A stretch of DNA of 63,258 nt, the filler included, from Phoronis australis (taxonomy: Eukaryota; Animalia; Phoronida): assembly GCA_002633005.1 (NCBI GenBank). It is 6 parts of 6 records of this genome, joined end to end, with 100 filler letters (N's around TTAATTAATTAA, not from the genome) between each part and the next. Parts side by side here need not be neighbours in the genome. Positions count along the whole stretch, not along the records: positions 1 to 24,724 come from NMRA01001305.1; 5 more parts are not named here. The stretch is one strand, 5' to 3'. Position 1 is the first letter of the stretch, and each line of letters starts with the position of its first letter. Both the position numbers and the translations under genes were made by a program. Positions 1-12,200 of this stretch are shown one piece after another. The notes under the pieces are model-generated. The model did no database searches and was not told where the DNA came from. It saw only the letters and a program-made list of their open reading frames with translations.

Positions 1-109
1 TTCTGTTTGAGGATCAAAACTTCACAACATATGATTTAGTTAGCAGGCAAACTCATTGAAAAAGTATTGGCACTTAGCTAAAAGTAATAAAAGTTTTGCA
101 CGCACATAC

Positions 110-272
110 CAACAGAGAATTTACACTTGAATCCTTTATCGTTTCTGGTAGAGCCAGCTCTGAATCTAATAAAGGCATCAGGTCCCAGGTGAAGAGGACC
201 AGGTACAACACTACCAGTGAAGCCATTGTCTGTGTGTAGTTTGGGAGACTGCTGATTCTCCCCATTGTAAAC
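110..272 (-). CDS. CUB3 C-half exon VYNGENQQSPKLHTDNGFTG...IRFRAGSTRNDKGFKCKFSV(G)
   Basis: VYxG...F...GF.xxF CUB motifs; cattcag acceptor, gtatgt donor; phase 0 to 1. Confidence 0.9.
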
Positions 273-3200
273 CTGAATGGTAAACAAGGTTATTACAGTG
301 TCATTACAAAGTCATACACTTTCAAAGTGTATCTGATAGCGCAAAAAACAACAGAATATGAAAAATGACACATAAGGAATATATTCCACACAATGCTTTC
401 ATCTCTACAACACTGTGACCAGAAGGCCAGTTGACCCAGTACAACTTCCCAAAAGGCAAACAACAAAAATGACTGTGGGAGCCTCAGTAGTTGACTCTGC
501 CTGCATAGTAACTGGTGTACACCCATGTGTCGTGTTTCATAGTGACTGTTGTACACCCATGTGTCGTGTTTCATAGTGACTGTTGTACACCCATGTGTCG
601 TGTTTCATAGTGACTGTTGTACACCCATGTGTCGTGTTTCATAGTGACTGTTGTACACCCATGTGTCGTGTTTCATAGTGACTGGGGTACACCCATGTGT
701 CGTGTTTCATAGTGACTGGGGTACACCCATGTGTCGTGTTTCGGGAAATCTGTCAAACATTTTGACAATAACCAATAGAAACAGAACATATTATCAAAAG
801 TAAAATGACCATCAGTAGACAAGTCTGTTTGAAAATCAAGGGTTTAGGGAACACAACTATCACACATCTCCAGGATCACTTCAGAAGTCATTTAGTCCAT
901 AGGGACTTAAATTTATGTGACAATTTGGAGGATCAATAACATTTCTTTGGCGGCACTTTAACGCAGCTACGTAACCTGAAAATTAGCGATTGGTTTAAAA
1001 GGTAACAACATTTCAACTTAGACAAACATATTAATCAAAAATCCATTTATGATCTGTTTTCACAAAAAATCCAGTTTTGGTTAACACATTTATTTTAATA
1101 TGCTGTCCTGCATAGTTAGTGTTTTGAACCTGAATGCAAAACACAGTATTCACTCCAACATAGGACCTGATTATGACATAATTCATAATAGTTCAACAGT
1201 CACAATGTGTCAGTGATCATTTTATGTGCCAACAATATCCCTGCACTTCACTGATTAAGTGCAGCATCAAAATCAGCAGAATGAAAAATGACAAAAAACA
1301 AATAATTACAAACTTTTCAGAAGATGCACAAAAATAAATGCATTATATTTAACTGTAAAGTAACCTACATATCAGTTTGACATGCTACAACATCAAACAA
1401 GTTCAAGCATAAATCATTACTATAAATAAAAACATCAGAAAACTTACTGCAAGTATATCAAGGTCATCGGCTAATGAGAAATCATCACACTGAAATGTGA
1501 AATTCTGGTCGTCCTTGATGGCAATTTTTGTGGTGCAAAACACAAAGTTTGGATATTTAATGTCTGGATATCCAGGCGACTTGACTTCTCCAGACAAGAC
1601 GTCATCCAACTCCTGGTTACAGCCTGGTGAATACAATGGACAGTGCATCTTAGAACATTCTCACTAACTAAACAAACATAAAAAAATTATCAGTGAAGTA
1701 AGAAGTACTAGGACCAGCAAGCAAGTAGAATCTCATGGTGGCACTTTGATTGATCATTAACTTACCAACTTTGTAAGTAGCATGAAATCCTCCGCCATAC
1801 TTTTCCTTCGCCATGTCCAGATATATGTAAACATCCTTTGCTGCTGATATGACTGTTGTTGGTTCACTGTTTTTATCCAGTGTAGCCAGTAGATCAGACT
1901 TGGCATTGTCGCCATTGTGAATAGTAATTGTGTCCTCATCTCCCAGATCCAAATATACAAACTAGAAATACAAAACATTTGCTCGTGAACAGACATTAGT
2001 TTTGTCATATCAACCCAGTTTCAAATGATTAAAACAGTTTGTATAGCATGAGTTCATTATTCAACATATAACTACACTATTGGGATACAATGACAAGTAA
2101 TCAGTCAGTACTTACATCGAGTGTCATGACCTGTGTAGGTACACTTACATTGAGTGTTATGACCTGTGAAGGTAATACTTACCTTGAGTGTTATGACCTG
2201 TGTAGGTATACTTACATTGAGTGTTATGACCTATGTAGGTATACTTACCTTGAGTGTTATGACCTATGTAGGTATACTTACATTGAGAGTTAAGACCTGT
2301 GTAGGTATGCTTACATTGAGTGTTATGACCTGTGTAGGTATACTTACCTTGAGTGTTATGACCTATGTAGGTATACTTACATTGAGAGTTAAGACCTGTG
2401 TAGGTATGCTTACATTGAGTGTTATGACCTGTGTAGGTATACTTACCTTGAGTGTTATGACCTACGTAGGTATACTTACATTGAGAGTTAAGACCTTTGT
2501 AGGTATGCTTACATTGAGTGTTATGACCTGTGTAGGTATACTTACATTGAGTGTTATGACCTGTGTAGGTATACCCTTAATAACCCAACTCATGACCATG
2601 TTTGGAACACCGACGGGAAATAAGGGACTCATCAATGACATCTCTGAGATTGTGGCAGTCAGTTCAATGATAGGATTTAGTGGGGGCTTATCTGAAATAA
2701 GATTGAGAAAGTTTCAAAAGAAATTCAGACTATAATTGCTGAACTGAGACCAATTAAGAATCAAGATCTTGATTCTATTAACAAGGTCCACTGATCACAT
2801 GGGTCTGGCGACTTTCAGTGTCCTCAAGCTGATTAAACATTCAACATACAATTCTTCAGCCAATTGGGAGAGCAGTGAGGTGACCATTGCTTGACCCATG
2901 TGTGCAATTAAGAAAAGCATGGTAGAGAAGGAAAAAAATTAATGCCATTTCTCTCATGACTCCCCTCTAATGGTGGCATTTTGATGTAACCTCATGATTG
3001 TAAAGAATGTGTTGTATAAAAAATGCTGTGAAATCACACTGCCTAAAATCTCCATCCAGGTGAACTGCAGATAGCGTTGAACGTCATCCCAAATACCCAA
3101 GTATGTAATAAACGGAGTTCTTTTCACAAAAATGCCACCCAATACGCTTGTCAAGTAGGAGCAATTTTTTCATTCAACCAGGTGGCGAAAGCATTTGTGA

Positions 3201-6200
3201 AAGAAGCAACAGGTAAGATTAGCCACTGATGAGGACTGTCATGATAATAAATATTGATTAAGTAATTAGTAAAGACATTTTCATTGAAGTTGCCCAAAAT
3301 TTGTACAAAGGTACTTTTAAAACCACTATTGAGGCGCACCAGTAGTCAAACTGCCACTACTGAGGCACACCAGTAGTCAAACTGCCACTACTGAGGCACA
3401 CCACTAGTCAAACTGCCACTACTGAGGCACACCAGTACTACTAGTGAAACTGTCACAACTGAGGTGCCACATAAGTCAAATTGCCATTACTGAGGCGCAC
3501 CAGTACTCAAACCTGTCCCAAAATCAACATCAACAGTCTTCTCATCAGGAACACAGCTGCTACTTTTCAAAATAATAAAAGGGGTTCTAGTCAGATCAGT
3601 CCGAAACCCATTGTCATCCATCATCAACTTCATGGTAACACATCTGCCAAATCCTGTAAGGGGCTTAAGAGATGCAGCAGAAAACACCAGATGCCCAGAC
3701 AGAGATGACCTGACAGAGATGACCTGACAGAGATGACCACACAAAGGTGATCTGACAGAGGTGACCTGACAGAGATGACCTGACGGAGATGACCAGACAG
3801 AGATGACCTGACGGAGATGACCAGACAGAGATGACCAGACAGAGAAGACCAGACAGAGATGACCTGACCTTTCAGTTCATATCAAAAAAGTACCACATCA
3901 CACATCCACAGAACCGATAAATGACATTTTTGACAAAAGCAATATCTTCCGTGTTGTGTTTTCTACTAAGTGAGCTCACCTGATTCTCCAATCTCTCCTG
4001 GGCAGGACTTGACAAATGTTGTGCTTCCTTTTTTCTCAGTTAATGGTGCAAGGTTTTTATACAATTCACAAGATCCCAGGTTATTCTGGCTAGGTTTAAA
4101 TGTCGCAGCATTGCACTCAGAGTTGTTTCTGCACATAAGCCCACAATCCACATATGATGTGCTGGCGTGGTTGGTGAGGACAGTTTTCTTCTCCAATGTT
4201 TTACCACTGACTGCCACCATGTTGCATTCAAAATCTACAACAGAAATGACAACATAAGATTTCATTGGCTCAATTTTTTACAGCAAATTTGTTTTTGAAG
4301 AGAAATTGGAATCTCAAGAGTTGTATTTTGTGTCTATGCTTTTTAAAGTAATGCAAAGTATGCTTTCATGTTGCATACCATTTAACACTTTTAAGCTAGT
4401 TAAAATGTAGTTTGTGTGTAGTCATTCAATGAATAATCTATTGTTACCAATCATAACCTGTGCTTAGAATGATAATATTGCTGTGGTATTTTCTGGAGCT
4501 AAATTCCGATTGCACCGAATTCTAATGTCATTTGTAATTGGATGACCGAGAATATAACACTAATCAGGCAGGTTAGTCACTCCTTACTCATTTAGAAGCA
4601 GAACTCTCATCCATGCATGCTGCTGAAGGTTTAAAGAGACACACTAAGGTACAGTAATATAAAGTCAACAATGAAAACTCTACAAATTGTTCACCAAATA
4701 AAATCTTATCACTCAAATATAACGTTAAGTGATTTCGCTAAGGAGTAAATTGTTAATTTTGTTAAGTTGAAATTTTGCGAACTACTAGCAGAATACATGA
4801 AATTCATTTGATTTTAATACCTCCACTCCTCTCACTTTCACTGCGCCACTGCAACAGGTCCTTACTGAGATGGCAAGTAAATCATGGCCTTGCAAGACTC
4901 AAGTTGGTGAATACCACCACATAACAAGTGATTCGTGGCCTTGCAAGACTACACTTGGTGAATACCACCGTGTAACAATTGATTCGTGACATTGCAAGCC
5001 TACACTTGGTGAATAACACTATGTAATAAATGATTCATGGTCTTGCAAGACTACAGTTGAGGAATAACACCACGTAACAAGTGATTCATGGCCTAGGAAG
5101 ACTACAGTTCATGAATAACACCACATAATAAGTCAACATCTACTTGTAGTTTCTGGTCTTGGGCAATAAATTCATAAATCACACTTATTTTGACAAAAGA
5201 ACAATTTTAGACCAACTTTCACAACGGTGAGTCTAAATCAAAGGGTTTTTTCCGCTGTGGAAGGCAGGTTTGCAGCCACTTGAACACTTGTGTTTTCTTC
5301 GTTCATACTGTGGTCGGAATGGAGCTCAGACGGATTTTGTTTAATTATCCACTTCTTACTTACTTTTTTTGAAATTGTTTCTTCGAAATGAACTGCTATT
5401 TCTGTTTTTCAGATGACTGCCACAATGTTGTAAATGATGAAAATTTTGCATGCTGTTTGGTAATAGCTACGCCATACAAACCATGCTAAAAGCAATAAGT
5501 AAATTTTCCGGAAAAGTTATTTTTGTTGAAAAATTTGACAAAATGAAATTTCACTTGTCCGCAATATTGTGTCCCAAACTGAAAAATTTTTGCTGTACAT
5601 TATGTGCACTATATCCCTGACACTTGTGAGTGACAGTAATGATGGATGACAAGTTTATCAACAAATCACTTTTCAACTCTTAAGGGCTCGCTTGTATAAC
5701 TGAACACCTGTGAAGTATACAGCACAAGTACCACTGATGTAATCACCAAGTTTGGCAAACATTTATATAGCCAGCTGTGATAAATTGAAAAATCAAATTC
5801 ATTCAAACACATTACCTTGAAATTTTATTATGGCAGAGACTCTCATTATGTCACTTCAGTATTGTGTATTACTCAAATGTAGTGTATTGCTTTGATGAGG
5901 TTTGTTTTAACATTATAGCAGATACTACATCATTCAATTGGTTCCTATCATCGCTGAGCATACAACACACTTTGATTGGATAATGCTCTATTTTCTGCAA
6001 GATTGTGCATTATCCAATCAGGATGCGCAATCTATCTCCAAGAAAATGGAGCATTCTGATTGGATAATGCTCTATCTTCTAGAAAGGTCCATTCTCACAC
6101 GACTAGAACTTCTTAAATGAAGGTAACTTCAAGATACACAACTAACAAAAGAAATGTTATCACCTTACTATAAAACAGGAAACAAATGACATTCAAATGT

Positions 6201-9200
6201 TGCTTTATTTAGCAGCACAACTTCCTGAGACTGACCTGTTTTGAACTCTGCCTTAAATCCCTTGAACTCATTCGTCTTATCACTGGAGAACTTGATGATC
6301 ATGAAGTTATTGTAACTCAAGATTGGTTGAAAGTCATCATTGGCCATAACAACATCATTGCCAGATAGTGTCTTCAGTACAACACTGTTGTGCTCAGTTT
6401 TGGCCCCAATCAGAATCTCGACAACATCCAAATCCTTCTCAGTCACAAAGTCCATGAACTGAAATATCATACAAATGACTTTGAGGTATAAGCACAACCA
6501 AATCGTAATTCACAAATTTAATGTTTACCCTAAAAGACAAGTGAGCTGAAAAACAGTCTAAGAATAAGATTACCTTGAGCGAGACCTTAGAACCAGGAGG
6601 ACCCTCAATGGTGTACACACATCGTGTACTGTTTTTGTAGTTGGAGGGGTAGTTGTCTGACGTGATGATACCTGTCGACTGGTTGAAATAGTGATTGCAC
6701 TGTGATGCTGAAATAAGAAGAGTTACTTTTCATAAACTAAAAACGATGCTTATTATAAGGAGAGCAACACAAAGCATTCATATGAACCCATGACTGCAAT
6801 GTTCATATGTGATCCATGACTGCAATGAAGAGTATGCAAATAGGCATGTTTGCAGTTCCATGTGATATAAATAATTAAGATTAATATGGTATAAAACCTA
6901 AAAACTGACCGATCTGTAAAGCCATATGACAACTACAGTAAAGCAAAATTGACAAAAACTGAAATGACCCATAGGGGTACTACAGTAATCTAATCTCAAC
7001 TGTGTTGATAATCAACTGGTCCTGGCACATCCCAGCCATATAAATCTAATGTGTCAGGCTTCATTCGAGACACTTAATCTGTTTCAATAATACAATAGTT
7101 CACAGATAACAAATGTCTAGTCAAAAACTAAAACAACAGACACAGGGTACTAGAGTAACCAAATCTGTCCATAAACCGACTGGTACCAGTGCATTCCCTC
7201 AACATGCATAGGTATCAAGTAATGACAAAATTTGTGCTCTTTTTGCCAAGAATAAACTCATTTGTGTCACTGAACTGAATTGCGGAGCAACTGAGTGACA
7301 ACGCTGTACCTAGCTGTTCATCAGAAATAAGTCTTGACACCTGACTGAAGCTCAACACAATTGAACAACTTAGTAATAAACGTATTCAAGGACTTGAAAT
7401 CCTAGATATACCACCCACGGTATCAAACAGTTAATAATAAACGTATTGAAGGACTTGAAATCATAGATATACCACCCACGGTATCTAACAGTTAATTTTT
7501 CCAACAGCGCCATTTGTGATTGTGTGGCTCCATCCAAGTAACATTTTGAGTGAAATATCATCGGAAACACATGGAAAAGAATCTGTTGTTGTTGCATAGG
7601 TTAAGTGGACTTCTGAAAAATTTGCTTTGCATTTGGTATCTTAACTGTGTTTCTTGCCACTGTCCATTAATTTTGCTTAAAGTGCTTAAAACCATCATTA
7701 ACCTTGTTGTGCCAACTGACTACATTGTCAGCACCATGAAGCCTTGCTTTGTACTACAGTATATTACAACCATGAAGCCTTGCTTTGTACTACAGTATAT
7801 CACAACCATGAAGCCTTGCTTTGTACTACAGTATATCACAACCATGAAGCCTTGCTTTGTACTACAGTATATTACAATCATGAATTCAATATCCCAAAAA
7901 CTAGAAAACAGAAGAAAAGCGACTTCAATTGAAAGTTTCTTAGCTCTATGTACATGAGTGTAACGTATGAACATACCCAGTACCAATGTGTCATGTCTAT
8001 AAACATACAAGTTTCTTGTACAAACATGTGTCATATCCACGCTTCTCCAATGTGCCATGAAAAAGTGAAAATAGCCACAGCTTGGTCAAATACTAAGTTG
8101 TCACAACCACCTCAAAAGCAACACGTCACCATTCCTTAATATAACATAAACCGCGGGAAAATGAGCCAAAATGTCTGACAACTATTCACACAAAGTACAA
8201 TGCACCATGACTAGTGCTATAGGATTAGTTAAGTGGTGTGTATCATTACATGATCGTAACTCGAGATCAGCTAATTAACATGTCGTCATACAGTATTTGG
8301 GGGTGCTCTAATTTGACAATTTATTGACTGGTGGGGTTGTTTCTTGGTGTTTTTGATATGGTGAATTTAAGCACATTTTGCAACTTTGTATCATGATCCC
8401 TGACAATTCATTACTTGACAGTTCACACTACTATAGCAGCAAAATGTTAACGATCTCACTTTCCAAAGTACTTACGACAATCAACTTCATCTGAACCATC
8501 ATTACATTCCACTACTTCATTACAGGTCAAGTTTTTCGACAGACACTGACCAGTTCCACAAAAGAACTCATCTGAAAATACAAACATAAAATGCTCTTAC
8601 TGCCTTCGTGAATTAGCACATAACTAATGGCCCTTCCTACAACAATAACTGAAATCAATTTTCCAGAAAAGAGAATGTGCATTGGTGCCTCAGCCTTGAG
8701 CATAATACACAAACATTCCAGTAACTGAAGTGTGCCTTGTACATGGACGGCGCACTATAGTGGGCTGGGGAGGGGCTATACCCTCCCACCCCCCCACTTT
8801 TTTCAGTGCTGTGCCTCCTATGTTGTAACTTAGCATCACTAAGTGACAAATACACCCAGTTCAAGGGTAGATAATTCCAACTGTTGACATGCTATTATCA
8901 ATGTGTAAAGGCAATTGTTGTTAAAAATGAGCTTACCTTGCACATTGTGCTACCGGTATACTGCTCCCCTGGGAGATGACGGACAGTAATATTGTGCATG
9001 TTGACATTGATGGTAGAATATAAGCCTACTCATCTGCCAACATTTTGATATTTTAAAGTGCCAGAGATACATAACAGTACTATTGAGAACACCTGTATTA
9101 CAGCAGACCACTTGTTATATTTGCACCACTGGTCCAAGTACTATCTTACCAAAACAATATGTCATGCGTCATTTTGTGGTCCAAAAGCCCCAATCTACCA

Positions 9201-12200
9201 ATGACAAATGGAAAAGAGTTGGCAATTGCAGATAGACAATGCAACAACTTTGTTCCTTTTTTAATGAACACACGTTCGTATAATTAATCGAACTGAATGG
9301 GATACAAAATACAGAGACCTAAATTTAGATAAGATTTTTCAATATCTAACATGAAGTCAATATCATAAAATAATACTTTAATCATACCTTCCTGACATGA
9401 AGACCTCATACAGACAAATGGAAGCATGTCCTTGCATGGGTGAAAACTCATTCTAAACTGGTAGTTCAGTGACCATTGGTCCTCTCTAAGTCTCTTAGCC
9501 ATAACACATTTGTATGTTTCATAGTTTGGCTGGTCCGGGGCCCATACAGCCACAGCATCGACATCTTCCACTTTAGCCTGATCTGCCCACGCTGCCTCCG
9601 TTGATGAGCTATTAGTCACGTCTTTTCTGTTAAGGCCTTTAAATGACACAACAAATAATTGACCACTTAGCTTGCCCACTCACTTTTCACACAATTTCAG
9701 AATTATGTGCAATTTTAAGTTTAACATAAAAATATACTGTGATTTAGAAAGCAAGATGGCATAACAATGAAGAATAATAAAAGCCAAATATTAATTTGTG
9801 AAAAATCAATTGCTTTCTAGAGTCCACAATTTCATATCATACTCAAAACAGATAACAGTTGAATACTTGAAATGTAAGTTCAAGAAAAGGAAAATGCAGA
9901 CATCATTTCCATCAGCCGTGTAGTACCAGTCCAAATAACTTTTTCATGACCTACCTGTCCAGAACAATTTTTGATTCCTTTCATACACGAAACCTCCTAT
10001 CTTTTCTGTAGTTTCACTGTCAGGAAGTGTGGCCAAGTTGGAACCATAGCTGTGAGAAAAGAGCATGACTTCAGGATTTAAACAAAATTTAAAAAAAAAA
10101 GACAATCAAATATGAAAGTGTCACTGATTACCATAGTTTGGTCACTAGAGCGCACTGTCAGTGACCTCTCTCAAGATTTTGGCATGCATGTTGACACGGT
10201 AACTTTATGTTCTAGGAACAGACATGTCTCTAGCTGACCACCGTCCCCTTCTCTAAAACTTTAACAGCTCAGTATCAAACTAAGTTTGAGTTTCTCTTTG
10301 AACACAACCCTTATTTCTCTTCGATAGTATTTGATTGAATAAGTTTTTAGTAAATACACAGAATTGAGCGACCTATTATAAAATAAGCTGTCTTAGGTGT
10401 GAGCGAAGTAACCTAATTAGAATTTGTTTTTACATGATTTAGTCAATCTGATGTTTCACCCGCATAGGAGTACATGCTAAGTGTTCTCTCATGGGCATAA
10501 GTGCTTATATGAACAATGAGAGGTAGTCAAGTCACAGAATACAATCTGATGAAGCATTTTACAAACTCACAGAGATAGCAAAGAAGTTACATCGGACATG
10601 CAGCTCAGAAGAGTGACCTCTTAACAACTAGTTTCCCTTCAAAAGTGAGTCTATTCGTGCAAAATATGGAGTTTGAAACTCTACAAAATGAATTCTTTTT
10701 CCAATTTAGAAGGGCTTGTAACATTATCTTTATTTGTAGTTGCAAAAGATTCATTCGTTTTTCACACAGGACGATTCTCTTCTTGTTAAATCAATTAAGC
10801 TATGAAAGAATCCATACCAAAGGGTTAGTATTAATCTACAAATGTGTGGTGTTTCTGAATTACATCCCTTTGTAGGTCTTAACCAATGTGCCATGTCCCT
10901 TCAGTCCACGTACTCTCTTAATGCAATGGGTGGATATCATAATTTTCCAGCTGCACCTCACTGTCAAAAAATTATAGTTGAGTACCCTTCGCTTCAGAAT
11001 CAAGTGAACACCATAAAGGTTTTAAATAAAAGTTAATACTTAATTCACATAGAAATCGTTGGTGTTAAAAATAGCAAGTTAAGTAGACATTTGCATGCTA
11101 TTACTGTTACACACTTTCACTGTGCACAATTGAATGAGTTCAAGATCTGTGTATAACTTACTTGGAGCAGTAGTCTTGAGCATCTTCCCATGACAAAGGA
11201 TTCAGAAAGACCCGGTAACAGTCACCATCATACAATGTCCAACCTGAAATAGGTATATAGGGATGTAGTGGAATGCTTGGTGATGCTTAGGCAATGCATT
11301 CTGGTGTATGCGCTACGTATATGGAAGGCTTATCATGTAACGGAACTGCTCAACTGAATTTACTTTTTGATTGATAAAATAATTAGTTTACAAGACCATA
11401 TGTACAGTGGAAACAGTAACATATAACAAATTAATTGGATGTGTATTTACATCCAATTAATTTTCAAAACTGCAATTACCTCCTCTTCATTTTGTCCTAA
11501 ATATTCAAATTAATAGGTCACCTGACTAAAAAGCCGTGACCTTTGGCCCTTTTGCGCTGGTAATTAGGGTTTAATTTATACTTAAATGTAATATTAAAAG
11601 GACAAAAGCAAAATTCAAAAAGGGGCACAGTTTAATGACAGCAAAGATAAACTTGTTGGGCATTCTGGTTTTCAGTTTATTTTCACTCAAATGTTATCTC
11701 CAACTCCTAGCATTATCATTTCGCAAGTTACCCGTGAGCACCACAAATGCTGTCCACTGAACCCCAGGGCAGCATTGGTGGACCAAACACTACTAGGACC
11801 TAGATCATGCTTTGTCCTACTGTCAAGATGGGTTAGGGTGAGAACTGCAAAGGATAAATCAGATGATAGCATGACCATCCTTCCGCTAGCCTAATGAAAA
11901 TTTACTTTGAATAAAGTTAAAAAAAGAACTTGTAGAATCCACCTTGGGGATGGCTGATCTCAAATTTACAATGCCGGCAGTGGTCTCAGTAGGTCTGCAC
12001 ACCAATTAGTTGTACAGGCAAATGATCATAATGGGATGGTGGTGTTGAAAGTTTGCAAAATAGTTTGTAAAACAGAAAGGTCGACATGTTACTTAATAGT
12101 CCTTTTACAGGCCCATTGCAACAGACACTGTGGTTGAGGAGTTTTGCAAGTGTTTTAATGTTTTTCTTAGCTTTGAGTTTTCACTGAAACTGCTTTACTT

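Noticed and set aside
2166-2735. 189-aa plus-strand repetitive ORF (LTLSVMTCVGI)n
   Set aside because: It is the antisense read-through of the 33-bp donor minisatellite and the CUB2 exon, with no independent coding evidence.
504-7884. Tandem repeats of 31-51 bp as CRISPR arrays
   Set aside because: Units are head-to-tail with no unique spacers, there are no cas genes, and the context is eukaryotic introns.
8937-9033. Exon-like segment with a strong AAG|gtaagc donor between the CTL and LDLa exons
   Set aside because: The candidate acceptors give either an immediate stop or a phase 1-to-0 exon incompatible with the phase-1 LDLa exon.
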